A stretch of DNA of 64,000 nt from positions 1,652 through 65,651 of the forward strand of contig DVIO01000104.1 of NCBI GenBank assembly GCA_018711205.1, in the 5' to 3' direction. Under the pieces are notes generated by a model. The model was not told where the DNA came from, made no database searches, and saw only the letters and a program-made list of their open reading frames with translations. The DNA comes from Candidatus Avamphibacillus intestinigallinarum (GTDB taxonomy: Bacteria; Bacillota; Bacilli; Bacillales; Amphibacillaceae). Of this stretch, positions 9,586 through 20,558 are shown piece after piece. Numbering within the stretch: the stretch's first letter is position 1; every line of letters begins with the position of its first letter. A program made the translations under genes and the position numbers.

Positions 9586-10704
9586 TCACGTATATACCCT
9601 TGGTACACGTGCGCTAATTTGACAAGTAATTTCATAATTAATGGTCTCTAAATAATGAGCAATTTCTTCTACCTTTATCTCTTCATCTTGTTGCTTACCA
9701 ATTAATGTAACGTCCTCTCCTATAGGATATGCTTGATCAAGTGCAATCATACATTGATCCATACAAATCCTACCTACTATTTTCATACGTTTTCCATCAA
9801 TCAAGACTTCTATACCTGTTAGCTTACGAAGCCAACCATCTCCATACCCGATTGGTATCGTAGCAAGCCACATGTCTTCTGGTGCTTCAAATATTTGTCC
9901 GTAACTTACAGTTTCGCCTTTTTTTATCTGTTTAACCGCAATAATTTTTGTATGCAAGGAAAAGGCAGGTCGCAATTCAATATCACTTGATGCCTTAATG
10001 TAGTCTGATGGATACATTCCATACATAGAAACGCCAAAGCGAATATATTGATACATCTGATTATCCAATCGAATGGACGCTGCACTATTTGAAATATGCA
10101 CAGCTAGTGCAGACTCTTTTCGGTTGGAGAATCCTTGTAGTACATGCTCAAACGTCTTGATTTGTTCGTTTAGATAACTAGGATCTTGTTCATCTGCCGT
10201 TGCAAAATGTGTATACACTCCAGTTAATTCTATGCACGACATCTGAGATAATGTCTCTAGACAATCCTGTAGCTCTCTTACTGTTTTTAAACCTGTACGA
10301 TTCATTCCACTATCGACTTCTACATGAACCTTTAGTGGTTGATCTTGTATATATGGTTGTGCACTCGTAAACCACTCTGTTTGGAATACGGACAACGTAA
10401 TATTGAACTCACTCGCTATACCTGCATAAGCAGGGTCCGTCCTACCTAATACGAGGATTGGCGCATCAATCTGTGCCTTCCTTAACTCAACAGCCTCTTC
10501 TAACAGAGCAACTGCCAATGCTTCAGCACCTGAGTTCAAAGCGGTTTTCGCCACTTCAATGGCACCATGCCCATATCCATCTGCTTTGACAACTGCCATC
10601 ACTTTTGTTGAACTGGATAACCTTTGTTTCATTTGTTTAATATTATATGCAATATGCTCTAAATTGATTTCTGCCCATGTTGGTCGATAAAATATTGGTT
10701 TCAC
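9586..10704 (-). CDS. alr: Alanine racemase
   Basis: PLP site AVVKADGYGHG; start moved to GTG 10704 (AGAGGAGAG RBS, 6-nt spacer); upstream of mazEF as in B. subtilis. Confidence 0.94.
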   Translation of the reverse strand: MKPIFYRPTWAEINLEHIAYNIKQMKQRLSSSTKVMAVVKADGYGHGAIEVAKTALNSGAEALAVALLEEAVELRKAQIDAPILVLGRTDPAYAGIASEFNITLSVFQTEWFTSAQPYIQDQPLKVHVEVDSGMNRTGLKTVRELQDCLETLSQMSCIELTGVYTHFATADEQDPSYLNEQIKTFEHVLQGFSNRKESALAVHISNSAASIRLDNQMYQYIRFGVSMYGMYPSDYIKASSDIELRPAFSLHTKIIAVKQIKKGETVSYGQIFEAPEDMWLATIPIGYGDGWLRKLTGIEVLIDGKRMKIVGRICMDQCMIALDQAYPIGEDVTLIGKQQDEEIKVEEIAHYLETINYEITCQISARVPRVYT

Positions 10705-10854
10705 AAAAGGCTCTCCTCTCACAAGGTTCTGTTATTTTGCATCTTGTTGTGTTTACCTTGTATTCCCTAAATATTCGCTTTCTAGTCAATTTTATATCCA
10801 ATTCTATTCCTTTATTATTCAACTCATAGCGAAACGTGTCAAGAAACAAATAAA

Positions 10855-10890
10855 CGGAAAATGGCAGCCCTTTTCTTGAAAGGCCTGCCG
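10855..10890 (-). terminator. Terminator after ydcC-like gene
   Basis: GGCAGGCCTTT/AAAGGGCTGCC stem then ATTTTCCGTTT. Confidence 0.65.
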
Positions 10891-10899
10891 CTTCCTTTA

Positions 10900-11913
10900 T
10901 TATTTTGTTGCTTTTTGATGCATTGATTTGGCTACGTCAATCAATTCTTCTTTAGTCAATTCTTCGCTTGCTAACTTGTATTCAACACCATGCTCACTCC
11001 ATTGCACTGTATTTCCGTCAATGGCGCCGATGGTTGAACCAAGATTAACAATTTCCCCTTTGACTTCCTTTGGTTGATTTAACGTAGGGACGCTTGTATC
11101 CTTTTCTTCGATGATCGTGAAATTCCGCTTACCTTCATACGTTAAGATCGCTCTTTCGCCGTGATCTGTTTTCATTTCCTTTTTCTCTTTAAGCTTTGCA
11201 CCAGCCGTTTCTTTTGGCAATGTAATGCTTAAGGGCTTCACTTCACTTTTTTTCGGCGTTGCTGAGGCGGATTTGGAATTTTTCTTTTGTTTCATTTCAA
11301 AATCATCTTTTTTAAACGAAGGATCTAACGTAAAGTCCGTAAATTCCACTTCAACAACTGTATCCTTATCCTTGTCTTTCACTTTCACCCGTTCAGGTGT
11401 ATAGTCCTTTTTAGAAAACTGAATTTCTTGTTTGGGTAAGTTGTTATTGCTTTGATAATTTGTTTTGGTTTCATATATATAATGATCACCTGTTGACTCA
11501 AACGATTTGTCTTCGTCTTTCATAATGTCTTTCACAAGTGATTGGAATAGATACGGCTGACTACTTGTTTCCGGCCAATCTGCTTGAAATTTAAAGTTTT
11601 TATTTAACGCAGGCGTTAATACAAAAACGCCGTCTTTATTTTTCAAGATTACTTGATTGCCTTTTTCATCATCTGGATTTTGTAAAGAAACTTTATAATA
11701 ATCTTTATCTTTATACCACACATCAAGCTTATAGCTTTGTGTCTTTTCGCCTGTATTCATTTTCATGTTTGCTTTTGCTTTATAGCCTTCTAATTCTTTT
11801 ACAGTACTTTGTAATTTCTTAGAAACATCTTCTTCTGATTTTTCGCCACAAGCTGTTAATCCTATTAAAATCGCTCCAAAGAATAAAACAAACGGTATCC
11901 ATTTCTTCCGCAT
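10900..11913 (-). CDS. ydcC: YdcC-like LolA-fold lipoprotein
   Basis: Signal peptide with lipobox LTAC; Lys-rich; syntenic position between acpS and alr. Confidence 0.75.
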   Translation of the reverse strand: MRKKWIPFVLFFGAILIGLTACGEKSEEDVSKKLQSTVKELEGYKAKANMKMNTGEKTQSYKLDVWYKDKDYYKVSLQNPDDEKGNQVILKNKDGVFVLTPALNKNFKFQADWPETSSQPYLFQSLVKDIMKDEDKSFESTGDHYIYETKTNYQSNNNLPKQEIQFSKKDYTPERVKVKDKDKDTVVEVEFTDFTLDPSFKKDDFEMKQKKNSKSASATPKKSEVKPLSITLPKETAGAKLKEKKEMKTDHGERAILTYEGKRNFTIIEEKDTSVPTLNQPKEVKGEIVNLGSTIGAIDGNTVQWSEHGVEYKLASEELTKEELIDVAKSMHQKATK

Positions 11914-12007
11914 GTACAGATCTCCCTTGTCACATTTCCATTTTTAGATGAAAATGACGATAATTTCTTAGACTTGGGAATTGGAATCAGCAGTACCAAA
12001 GAAATGA

Positions 12008-13519
12008 TTACAATGAACGATACACATCAGAAATTCCAGTTAGCACATCAGTTGCTAATAAATCTTGTTCAGCATGCGTTCTTTCGACGAGTATATCAGC
12101 GGCACGACCATGCATGTACACAGCATTACAAAGCGCAGCAAAGATATCAGTCATTTGTAACACCATCCCTAAAACCATCCCCGTCAAGACATCTCCGGAA
12201 CCACCTTTTGCTAATCCTGGGTTACCGGTCGTATTGACCGCTGTTTGCCCATCTGGTGAAGCGATAATCGTATAGGTTCCCTTCAATATCACATAGACCT
12301 GATAGTGCTTGGCAAAACGAGCTGCGTATTGAAACGGATCTGCTAATATCTCGTTAACAGAGCAATCACAGAGCCAGGCCATTTCCTTAGGATGGGGCGT
12401 AATAATGACTGGACTCGTTTTATCTTTGAGTCGATTAAGCTCGTTTTTTAAATGCGTTAATCCATCTGCATCGATGATCAGTGTACATTCTTGATCAAAA
12501 CATGCGCGAAAGAACTCTTCAGCCGCTTTCTCTTTTGTCATACCTGGCCCAATCGCGACTGCATCAGCCGTAGCAAAATTGAGTTTCTCAATTCCCCCTG
12601 TAATGCTAGTCTCTCCTGTTAGTTCGATATACATCGCTTCCTGGCAAGCTGCAGCAATCGTTGGAATGACGCGCTTAATTGTGGCGACTTGCAACAACCC
12701 TGCACCTGTTCTTAAGGCTGCACGTGCTGTCATGGTAATCGAACCAGGCATTTCTGCACTACCACCAATGACAAGACCTCTGCCATGACTACCTTTATGA
12801 GAAAACGGGTCACGTTTTGGAAGATGCTTTGTAACAGTTTCTTGAGTAATCAATTGCCGGCTTGAAACACGCTCAAATACATTCGCTGGTATGCCAAAAG
12901 CTAGTAAAATGGTTTCACCGTAAAAGGGCGCCGTATCTTTTAAAAAGGCTGACATTTTATAAGCAATTAAGCAATACGTGACATCAGCTTGTACAGCTAT
13001 GACTTCTCCAGCTACTCGGTCAATCGGCACACCACTTGGGATATCAATTGCATAAACAGTTGCACGTGATTGATTGATGATTTCAATGAGCGTGCACATC
13101 TCCTCTTTAGGTGTGCCTTTTATACCGATACCAAGCAGCGCATCAATGACAATATCTGTTTGGTGCAAGTGTTGCGCTATTTCTGCTACTTTTAAATGTT
13201 GTTTTAACAGACCACCACTAGCAAGATAAACTTTTTTATAAATCGCTGCATCTCCAGTCACTTTTTCATTAGCAACTGCTTGAATAGCGATTACCTCAAA
13301 TCCAGCTTCTTTTAAAAGATGTGCTACAACAAACCCGTCCCCGCCATTATTACCTGATCCAATCATGACGGTTACATGGTTGCACGGATCTTCTCTTTTC
13401 ATCACTTGCTTAGCTATTTCATTACCGGCTGTATACATGAGTACTGAACTTGGAATGCCAATTTCTGAAAATGTGATGTGTTCTAATTCATACATCTCTT
13501 CGGCGGTTACAATATGCAT
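12008..13519 (-). CDS. nnr: Bifunctional NAD(P)H-hydrate repair enzyme Nnr (epimerase + ADP-dependent dehydratase)
   Basis: N-terminal YjeF_N (GSGNNGGDGFV) and C-terminal carbohydrate-kinase-type dehydratase (GGSGDVLTG); start ATG 13519 behind AGGAGGG. Confidence 0.88.
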   Translation of the reverse strand: MHIVTAEEMYELEHITFSEIGIPSSVLMYTAGNEIAKQVMKREDPCNHVTVMIGSGNNGGDGFVVAHLLKEAGFEVIAIQAVANEKVTGDAAIYKKVYLASGGLLKQHLKVAEIAQHLHQTDIVIDALLGIGIKGTPKEEMCTLIEIINQSRATVYAIDIPSGVPIDRVAGEVIAVQADVTYCLIAYKMSAFLKDTAPFYGETILLAFGIPANVFERVSSRQLITQETVTKHLPKRDPFSHKGSHGRGLVIGGSAEMPGSITMTARAALRTGAGLLQVATIKRVIPTIAAACQEAMYIELTGETSITGGIEKLNFATADAVAIGPGMTKEKAAEEFFRACFDQECTLIIDADGLTHLKNELNRLKDKTSPVIITPHPKEMAWLCDCSVNEILADPFQYAARFAKHYQVYVILKGTYTIIASPDGQTAVNTTGNPGLAKGGSGDVLTGMVLGMVLQMTDIFAALCNAVYMHGRAADILVERTHAEQDLLATDVLTGISDVYRSL

Positions 13520-13587
13520 GCTGTTCCCTCCTACCCGCATTTAATACTTATGAGACGAGCAATTGTTTTATGCTTCATAAAACGAGC

Positions 13588-13944
13588 TTATTTTTCTATC
13601 ACAACTTGTGCCGTTGCATAATGCTCTGTATGCGAAATCGAAATGAAAAGTTTTTCATGGTCGAATCCTGTTGCTGTTATATAAGGTGCGCCATGTTCGT
13701 CATTTAATATTTCAATGTCTTGAAAGCTCAATTGTCCAATACCCGTTCCGACTGCTTTAGAAAAAGCCTCTTTAGCTGCGAAACGTCCTGCTAGGTATTC
13801 CAGTTGTCTTCTTTCGGAGTGAAGCTGTTGACATGCTGCTTTTTCATGAACTGTTAAAATACGGTTCATGAAGCGCTCCTTTTGTTTGAATTGTTTCTGA
13901 ATACGTTCTATTTCAACTAAATCAATACCAATTCCTCTAATCAT
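13588..13944 (-). CDS. acpS: Holo-[acyl-carrier-protein] synthase
   Basis: 118 aa, MIRGIGIDLVEIERI N-terminus and 4'-phosphopantetheinyl transferase fold motifs. Confidence 0.94.
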   Translation of the reverse strand: MIRGIGIDLVEIERIQKQFKQKERFMNRILTVHEKAACQQLHSERRQLEYLAGRFAAKEAFSKAVGTGIGQLSFQDIEILNDEHGAPYITATGFDHEKLFISISHTEHYATAQVVIEK

Positions 13945-14097
13945 ATGAAGCTCACCTTTCTACATGATATGGCTTATCAGTTGGTAAACGATGAAAACAA
14001 GCATATACTATTAATAAGTATAAAGAGACCTACTTCCTATTTCATGTTAAAATCATATGTAAATATTTGAGAAACTTCAAAAGATAAGGGGTTTATT

Positions 14098-14877
14098 ATG
14101 TTTATCCGTCAAGAAAGAAGTATCAAAGAGTTTATACACTTTTATCCCGTCGTTTCTATTTTAATTGGGATTTATGCTTTATTATGGCTCTGGATTGATT
14201 TACTCCAATTACCGTTTAGTCGTGAAATATGGACTTGGGCTGTTGGTCAAAATATAGCGATTTCTCATGGTCAGTATTGGCGACTATTCACAGCAACCTT
14301 TTTACATGCAGATTTTATGCATATGCTATTTAATTCATTTTCACTTGTTCTATTCGGACCTGCCCTAGAACAAATGTTAGGTAAATATAAATTTTTATTT
14401 ATTTACTTCGTGTCAGGCATTATTGGAAATATCGCAACCGTTTTATCTTCGCCGTTTGCAATCTATGCACATTTAGGCGCTTCTGGTGCTATCTATGGTT
14501 TACTCGGCGCCTACTTATTTATGGTATTGTTCAAAAAACATTTAATCGACCAAAATAATAGCCAAATCGTCTCGATTATTTTAATTGCTGGGGTCGTGAT
14601 GACATTCCTTCAACCGAATATTAATGTGTACGCTCATCTATTCGGAGCGGCTGGTGGCTTCTTGTTAGCCCCACTCGTCATTACTGATAAAACAAGACCC
14701 TTTATCATGTATCGTACGTATACCCCTTCAGAAAAACGTACTGTAACGAACGACCATGGAGTGAATTTTGACCCGAATCGTTGGCGTCGAAAAAAAAGAC
14801 GTATCACATTCAATCCTAAAATTCTTTGGGGTATTTTCATTATCCTTGTCATTTTAGGTTTATTAAACCGCTTCTAA
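14098..14877 (+). CDS. ydcA: Rhomboid-family intramembrane serine protease
   Basis: Multi-TM protein with HxxxN (HMLFN), GASGAIYG catalytic Ser and AHLFG His motifs; syntenic with B. subtilis ydcA. Confidence 0.85.
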   Translation: MFIRQERSIKEFIHFYPVVSILIGIYALLWLWIDLLQLPFSREIWTWAVGQNIAISHGQYWRLFTATFLHADFMHMLFNSFSLVLFGPALEQMLGKYKFLFIYFVSGIIGNIATVLSSPFAIYAHLGASGAIYGLLGAYLFMVLFKKHLIDQNNSQIVSIILIAGVVMTFLQPNINVYAHLFGAAGGFLLAPLVITDKTRPFIMYRTYTPSEKRTVTNDHGVNFDPNRWRRKKRRITFNPKILWGIFIILVILGLLNRF

Positions 14878-14880
14878 GCT

Positions 14881-14930
14881 AAAAAGAGCCGCGCGAGATC
14901 CATTTCGAATGAATCTCGTGCGGTTTTTTA
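14881..14930. terminator. Bidirectional terminator (ydcA / ydbT)
   Basis: CCGCGCGAGAT/ATCTCGTGCGG stem flanked by A-run and T-run. Confidence 0.85.
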
Positions 14931-16376
14931 GTTTCGTTCTTTGATCAAGGCACGATACCAGCTTGTCACTTGATGCACATCGTGCTCTTCAAATGATTTC
15001 AAATGATATTTCACACCACCAATTGAATTCAAAATAGCCAGTCGTATACTTGCTAAGTTTGAGCGTCTTTGGAATGGGTGCTGTTTTCGTTCTAGCATTT
15101 GAACACGTTTGTGCATCGTCATAAGCCTTGTTTTACCATAGCGACGAAATTGAATCGCTAAACGCCCCTCATTCATATATATACCGGCAGTTTTGTATCG
15201 GGCATAGCCTAATAATAAACTGAGGAGCACAAGAATGCCGGGGATCCAACTATACGTCGGGATGAAAATGATGCTAACGATAAGTCCTATGAAAAACACC
15301 CACGATACACGCATTAAATATCCCATCAATGCACGCTTTGGCGGTTGGATAAAGGTATCTTCCCATTTACCATAACGATCTACAAATTGTTCAAGAAAAG
15401 CATTGATTTCACTTTTTTTCATAATCGGAAATAGAATTTTAGCAGTTTCTTTTTGTTGTGGATCAATCTCTCCACCCGCTACTTCCGCATAGACAGTTCC
15501 AAAGCCAAATGGTTCGCGAAATAAGTTTTGCTTAAATCCAATCGCTTGAATTCGATGTAATGGAATCGTTAAGCGCTTCTTCTCAATGAGTCCACGCGTT
15601 ATAATCAACTCTTCTTGTTCCTTACGAATCGTAAATTTCCCATTTGTAATCATTGTCATCGCAATACTAACAAACCAAGATAACAATAGAGCTAAGAAAG
15701 CGACAAGCACAATAATCGTCACACTAAGCTTTAATACAAGTGTTGTGGCATCATTGTATACATTATCTGGAATAATCTCTTCTATTTGTGAAAATAAAAA
15801 GAGGACTGCCCCAAGCAAGACTGTTACACCACTTGATGTCATACCTGCAAAAAATAAGCGTTTTGTCGTAACCGTTTGTTCATTCACTACTTGATTTTCT
15901 AGTCCATTCTCTTCAACATCATCTTGCGCTTCAGTCAGACTCCCTTTATCTGTTTGTAACTGTTCCTGTAACTCGGCCGCCTTAGCTTTACGAATGGCTG
16001 GTAATGTAGATGTTTGATTCGAAGCTGTTTCTACTTTTAATTCAGCTAGGCTAAAGATTCGGTGTAAAATACCTTCCGTTACATTAATCGATTGAATGCG
16101 ATATTTGGATATGTACGTTTTCTTTCTGATGAAAACCCCTTCTTCAATCTGTAACTCATCTTCTAATACACGATAATGGAAACGAAACCAGCCGATAATC
16201 CTTCCTATCAACATCAATGCAATGATTGCGATTAACACGAGGAAAAATAAACGTATTGAATATTTCGAAATCCAAATATATAACAAAATAAATGAGAAAA
16301 AGAGGGTTTTCAAATCCGAGAAAAATGAACTTAAAATTGACAACGGGTGTAATCTTGAAAAGTTAGACATCATCAA
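14928..16376 (-). CDS. ydbT: YdbT-like membrane protein with repeated bacterial PH (bPH_2) domains
   Basis: 482 aa, alternating TM pairs and soluble ~80-aa modules; overlaps ydbS by 14 nt; synteny with cshA-ydbS-ydbT. Confidence 0.82.
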   Translation of the reverse strand: MMMSNFSRLHPLSILSSFFSDLKTLFFSFILLYIWISKYSIRLFFLVLIAIIALMLIGRIIGWFRFHYRVLEDELQIEEGVFIRKKTYISKYRIQSINVTEGILHRIFSLAELKVETASNQTSTLPAIRKAKAAELQEQLQTDKGSLTEAQDDVEENGLENQVVNEQTVTTKRLFFAGMTSSGVTVLLGAVLFLFSQIEEIIPDNVYNDATTLVLKLSVTIIVLVAFLALLLSWFVSIAMTMITNGKFTIRKEQEELIITRGLIEKKRLTIPLHRIQAIGFKQNLFREPFGFGTVYAEVAGGEIDPQQKETAKILFPIMKKSEINAFLEQFVDRYGKWEDTFIQPPKRALMGYLMRVSWVFFIGLIVSIIFIPTYSWIPGILVLLSLLLGYARYKTAGIYMNEGRLAIQFRRYGKTRLMTMHKRVQMLERKQHPFQRRSNLASIRLAILNSIGGVKYHLKSFEEHDVHQVTSWYRALIKERN

Positions 16377-16842
16377 TCGCCACCCTTGCCAACTCTGAAA
16401 TTCGGTCTCTTAATTGAATCGCATCCGCTTCTTCTAAGGCTGGTATCGTATGAATGGTCGCCGCTGTAGAAATTTGGACACCTGCGAGATTGAATCGTTT
16501 TAAAATCGGCCCTTGTGTCGTATCAACATGCTGCACTCTTGTCATTGGGACAATCGTTCTTGTGACAATAATCAGCCCATGCTGTATGTAAATTTCTTTA
16601 TCAAAGATTTCATAACGCCAGCGCCGATAACGTATTTTCGGAATCACCACTACAAATAAAATCAATAAAACAAGTACTAAAATGAGTGCAATCGTTACAT
16701 ACCATGTTGAAAATTCATAAATATACGTAAGTATTCCTAATGTGATAACCAATAACCAGAGTATGATATTTACCATACCCGCAGCAATACGCCATGCTCT
16801 TAAAGCAGTTGGTGCAATTCTTTGGCTAGGTGCTTCTCTCAT
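16363..16842 (-). CDS. ydbS: YdbS-like membrane protein with one bacterial PH domain
   Basis: Two TM helices then PH-like module; start moved to ATG 16842 (GGGGG RBS) giving 159 aa. Confidence 0.82.
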   Translation of the reverse strand: MREAPSQRIAPTALRAWRIAAGMVNIILWLLVITLGILTYIYEFSTWYVTIALILVLVLLILFVVVIPKIRYRRWRYEIFDKEIYIQHGLIIVTRTIVPMTRVQHVDTTQGPILKRFNLAGVQISTAATIHTIPALEEADAIQLRDRISELARVAIDDV

Positions 16843-16904
16843 CGTAACGCCCCCTAACTGATACATTCTTGTTACATTGTAAAGGATAGCCCATGATTAT
16901 CCAA

Positions 16905-16937
16905 TTAAAAAAAGTCTCCACAATAGGGAGACTTTTT
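16905..16937 (-). terminator. Terminator after cshA
   Basis: AAAGTCTCC/GGAGACTTT stem with flanking A/T runs. Confidence 0.8.
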
Positions 16938-16939
16938 AA

Positions 16940-18406
16940 TTAATCACGGTTTTTACGTTTTTGGTAGCTACCTTTACGGTTATTATATGACCCGCGATTG
17001 TTTTGTTTGCGGTTTCCGTAATAACGTTTGTTACCGTTTCCTCGGCGACGATTGTCTTTCCCTTTACCACGATAGCCGCCACCTTTAACACTAACTGGCT
17101 GGATAGACGAAATACGTACCGGTGTTTGTTCTCTTTCTTTTGTTAGCAATTTAAGAGCTGCTGCGACAACTGTGATGGAATCATTTTCTTCTAATAATTC
17201 ATTCACAGAATCTTGATACGAGTTCAAATCATTTTCTTTAATTGTTTTCAAGATATTTGTCACAGCAATTTGTTGTTGTCCAACACGCGCATCTTTATTT
17301 GTTGGCGGTGACATACGTTTCATTTTACTTTTCGTTACTTTTTCGATTAATTTCAAATGACCAATTTCACGAGGTGTAATGAATGAAATCGCTTCTCCCG
17401 TACGACCTGCTCTACCTGTACGTCCAATACGGTGTACATAGCTTTCAGGGTCTTGTGGAATGTCAAAGTTGTATACATGCGTTACACCAGAAATGTCTAA
17501 TCCTCGAGCTGCTACATCTGTTGCAACTAGAACTTCAACACGACCATTTTTAAATTTATTCAAGACGGACATACGTTTACCTTGGGTTAAGTCACCATGA
17601 ATCCCTTCAGCTTTAAACCCACGTGCTTGCAGTCCTTCTGTAATTTCATCAACACGTTTTTTCGTTCTACTGAACACGATTGATAATTTTGGTGCATGAA
17701 TATCTAAATGGTTTGTTAACGTATCGAATTTATATTTCTCAGGAATTTCAATGAAATACTGATCAATATTTTCAACCGTCATTTCTTTTGCTTTTACTTT
17801 AATTTCTTTCGGGTCTTTCATTAAGGTCGTTGCAATATTACGGATTTCTTTTGGCATTGTTGCCGAGAATAACAATGTTTGTCTTGATTCAGGAATCGCT
17901 TTTAAGATACTACGAATATCTTCAACAAATCCCATGTTCAGCATTTCATCTGCTTCGTCTAACACCGCTATTTTCACATGATCTGTTCGCAATGTTTTAC
18001 GACGTAAGTGATCTAGTAAACGTCCAGGTGTTGCGACAACGACGTGATTATCTTTTAGTGAGCGAATTTGACGTTCCATATTCGCCCCACCGTAAATCGG
18101 TAATACACGAATACCTTTGATTTTACCTAAACGATTTAATTCCTCTGCCACTTGAATCGCCAATTCTCTAGTTGGTGCTACAACGATTGATTGGATTTTA
18201 CGCTCTTTAGTATTAATTTTTTCGAGCATCGGGATTCCAAATGCAGCCGTTTTACCTGTACCTGTTTGTGCCTGGCCAATCACATCGAAACCTTGTTTTG
18301 CTAATGGAATCGTTTCTGTCTGGATTGGTGTTGCTTCTTCAAATCCCATACGTGTTAAAGCTTTCATAATGGGTTCTGAAATTTCTAATTCATTAAATGT
18401 TGTCAA
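16940..18406 (-). CDS. cshA: DEAD-box RNA helicase CshA
   Basis: Q motif, [25 protein letters not shown] motifs plus basic RG/N-rich tail; TTG start with AAAGGAG RBS. Confidence 0.95.
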   Translation of the reverse strand: MTTFNELEISEPIMKALTRMGFEEATPIQTETIPLAKQGFDVIGQAQTGTGKTAAFGIPMLEKINTKERKIQSIVVAPTRELAIQVAEELNRLGKIKGIRVLPIYGGANMERQIRSLKDNHVVVATPGRLLDHLRRKTLRTDHVKIAVLDEADEMLNMGFVEDIRSILKAIPESRQTLLFSATMPKEIRNIATTLMKDPKEIKVKAKEMTVENIDQYFIEIPEKYKFDTLTNHLDIHAPKLSIVFSRTKKRVDEITEGLQARGFKAEGIHGDLTQGKRMSVLNKFKNGRVEVLVATDVAARGLDISGVTHVYNFDIPQDPESYVHRIGRTGRAGRTGEAISFITPREIGHLKLIEKVTKSKMKRMSPPTNKDARVGQQQIAVTNILKTIKENDLNSYQDSVNELLEENDSITVVAAALKLLTKEREQTPVRISSIQPVSVKGGGYRGKGKDNRRRGNGNKRYYGNRKQNNRGSYNNRKGSYQKRKNRD

Positions 18407-18428
18407 CTTTAAAGTCTACTCCTTTGTT

Positions 18429-18444
18429 CTGAATATATATTCAG
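18429..18444. promoter_or_regulatory. 16-bp perfect palindrome in cshA leader
   Basis: CTGAATATATATTCAG located 12 nt upstream of the cshA RBS. Confidence 0.4.
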
Positions 18445-18898
18445 TCGATTGATTTATCATGGAGAAAGTAGTCGTATCATGATACTTCAAGAGGTTGTCC
18501 GAAATGTTTATGCATACAGTTTTGTATGTTTATATTTTATTCATAAAAAATTCCCGCATTTTCCTCATCACTAGCGTCTGTTACATCTTTTGGCTAGAAG
18601 GATCCTGGTTCGCTTCATTAAACCTGGGGTTCACACTTTTTGTACTTGACGTAAGTTCTATCTCAAAGTATATTGAAGGGCTTCCTCCATATTATACTGA
18701 TAAGGTCATCATATTATGTGTTATGAACATAGAAATGCCTCAACAGTTTTATAACCATTCTATCATAACATATATTGACAACTTATATCTAGGTATGTAT
18801 ATTGTTTCACATTTTTAATAAGGGCTTTTCGTGATTTCTCATAGCCTTCATGGTAAAATATTTTTAATGCACATTGAAAATAAAAAAGGAGGCACATA

Positions 18899-19813
18899 AT
18901 GCGATTACCTCCATTCAATCCACGTATTGCGATCGCGATAGCTGCAATTGCGGGCGCAACGACAGCTATTTTTGTGAAATTAATCGGCAATCCGTTTGCT
19001 CCTTCTATTATTGCAACATATCGATTACTTGGAGCCGTTCTCATCATGTTGCCAATCATTTTATATAAATTTAAACATGAGTTTTCCTACTTTACAAAAC
19101 GTGACTGGTTGATGCTTATCTTAAGCGGATGTTTTCTTGCTGGCTATTTTTCCTCTTGGTTTCACGCCTTACAATATACATCTGTCTTAAACACAGTTTT
19201 TATTCTAATGATTTATCCAGCGGTTATTTTTGTTGGAAATGCGATATTTAGTCGTGAGCGTTTATCTTTTGGCGCTTTAATTAGCATTGGGATTATTATA
19301 TTTGGTACATGGATGTTGTTAAACAGTGACATAAATAGGTTGACGCATTTACGTCATGGTGATTTACTCACAATTGTTGCGTTATTTTTATTTGCTGGTC
19401 ATTACTGGACAGGTCAAAAATCACGTCGTAAAGTTTCCCTCATAACGTATTTATTTACAGTGTATGGAGTTGCCACGACTGGGCTTATATTCATGAATCT
19501 GTTTATACATTCAGATGGGTTTCTCGTTCATCTCGGAACAATTGAATGGTTATCGCTTATTGGTTTAGCGATTATCCCGACCTTTTTAGGCGTCTTCGTC
19601 TTTAACTGGGTCATTAAATGGGCGCGTCCTATAACGGTTTCCATCGGCATGTTATTAGAACCGATTATCGCCACAATCCTTGCATACGTTATACTTGGTG
19701 AAGTTATTACAGTGAGCCAATGGATCGGCGTAACAGTACTATTTTTCGGTTTATATTTATTTATTATGAGTACCTCCAAAAAAAGAACGGTCACCATTTC
19801 GAAAAAAGAATAA
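18899..19813 (+). CDS. EamA/DMT-family transporter (10 TM)
   Basis: 304 aa, duplicated 5-TM EamA architecture; AAGGAGG RBS. Confidence 0.8.
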   Translation: MRLPPFNPRIAIAIAAIAGATTAIFVKLIGNPFAPSIIATYRLLGAVLIMLPIILYKFKHEFSYFTKRDWLMLILSGCFLAGYFSSWFHALQYTSVLNTVFILMIYPAVIFVGNAIFSRERLSFGALISIGIIIFGTWMLLNSDINRLTHLRHGDLLTIVALFLFAGHYWTGQKSRRKVSLITYLFTVYGVATTGLIFMNLFIHSDGFLVHLGTIEWLSLIGLAIIPTFLGVFVFNWVIKWARPITVSIGMLLEPIIATILAYVILGEVITVSQWIGVTVLFFGLYLFIMSTSKKRTVTISKKE

Positions 19814-19820
19814 TCTTATC

Positions 19821-19856
19821 AAAAAAACTAGCCTACTCGTGTGGGCTAGTTTTTTA
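19821..19856. terminator. Bidirectional terminator (EamA gene / hydrolase)
   Basis: AAAAAAACTAGCC...GGCTAGTTTTTT. Confidence 0.85.
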
Positions 19857-19868
19857 TATTCCGTTCTA

Positions 19869-20558
19869 TCATGATCCCGTTAAAAATTGTAAAACGAGTC
19901 GACTCACTTCATTCTTTGATTCATCTAAACAAAGAAAATGCCCTGAATCATTAAATAACACAAACTGTTTATCTGTTGAGGAAATGAGTTGATTGATTTC
20001 TTTCATCGTTCCATAAGGCACAATCGCATCCTGCCTACCTTGACCTACCCAAACAGGTGTGTTCACCTGTTTTAAAAATGGACGTACATATTTAACCAAT
20101 TTCAAAAATTCAATCACGGATGTTAATGGCGTATCACTGAATTTTCTTAAGCTATTACGATACATCAGATTAGACGCTAATTCATGATGATGGGCATCGA
20201 CTAAAATACCACCGAATTCCTTTGTCAATTGCCTGACTGAGAAGATTCGTAAGGCAGGGGCAAGCAACACGAGTTTTTCCACCTGAAAACGCGCAGCGAT
20301 ATAAGCAGCAATCATACCTCCCATAGAAAAACCAATGACATAAATCGTCGTACATGTTTTATGTAGTTCTTCATATGCGTGAACCGCTGCTTCTAGCCAT
20401 GATTCATATGGCTTTCCTTTTAAATCAAGCGTTTCCCCATGCCCTGGTAAAATCGGTACGGACCATTGCCAATCGGTATGAGTCGATAAATAATCAATAA
20501 GTGGCTGCACTTCGCCAATGCGTCCTGTAAATCCATGGATAACAAGACAGCCTACCAT
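19869..20558 (-). CDS. Alpha/beta hydrolase (carboxylesterase-like)
   Basis: 229 aa, HGFTG oxyanion region and nucleophile elbow GFSMGG. Confidence 0.8.
   Translation of the reverse strand: MVGCLVIHGFTGRIGEVQPLIDYLSTHTDWQWSVPILPGHGETLDLKGKPYESWLEAAVHAYEELHKTCTTIYVIGFSMGGMIAAYIAARFQVEKLVLLAPALRIFSVRQLTKEFGGILVDAHHHELASNLMYRNSLRKFSDTPLTSVIEFLKLVKYVRPFLKQVNTPVWVGQGRQDAIVPYGTMKEINQLISSTDKQFVLFNDSGHFLCLDESKNEVSRLVLQFLTGS

Noticed and set aside
18495-18818. 107-aa plus-strand ORF in the cshA / EamA spacer
   Set aside because: It has no RBS. The product is an AT-rich-codon hydrophobic string (Phe/Ile/Leu/Tyr) with no recognisable domain, and it lies in probable leader/promoter DNA. I treat it as a chance ORF.
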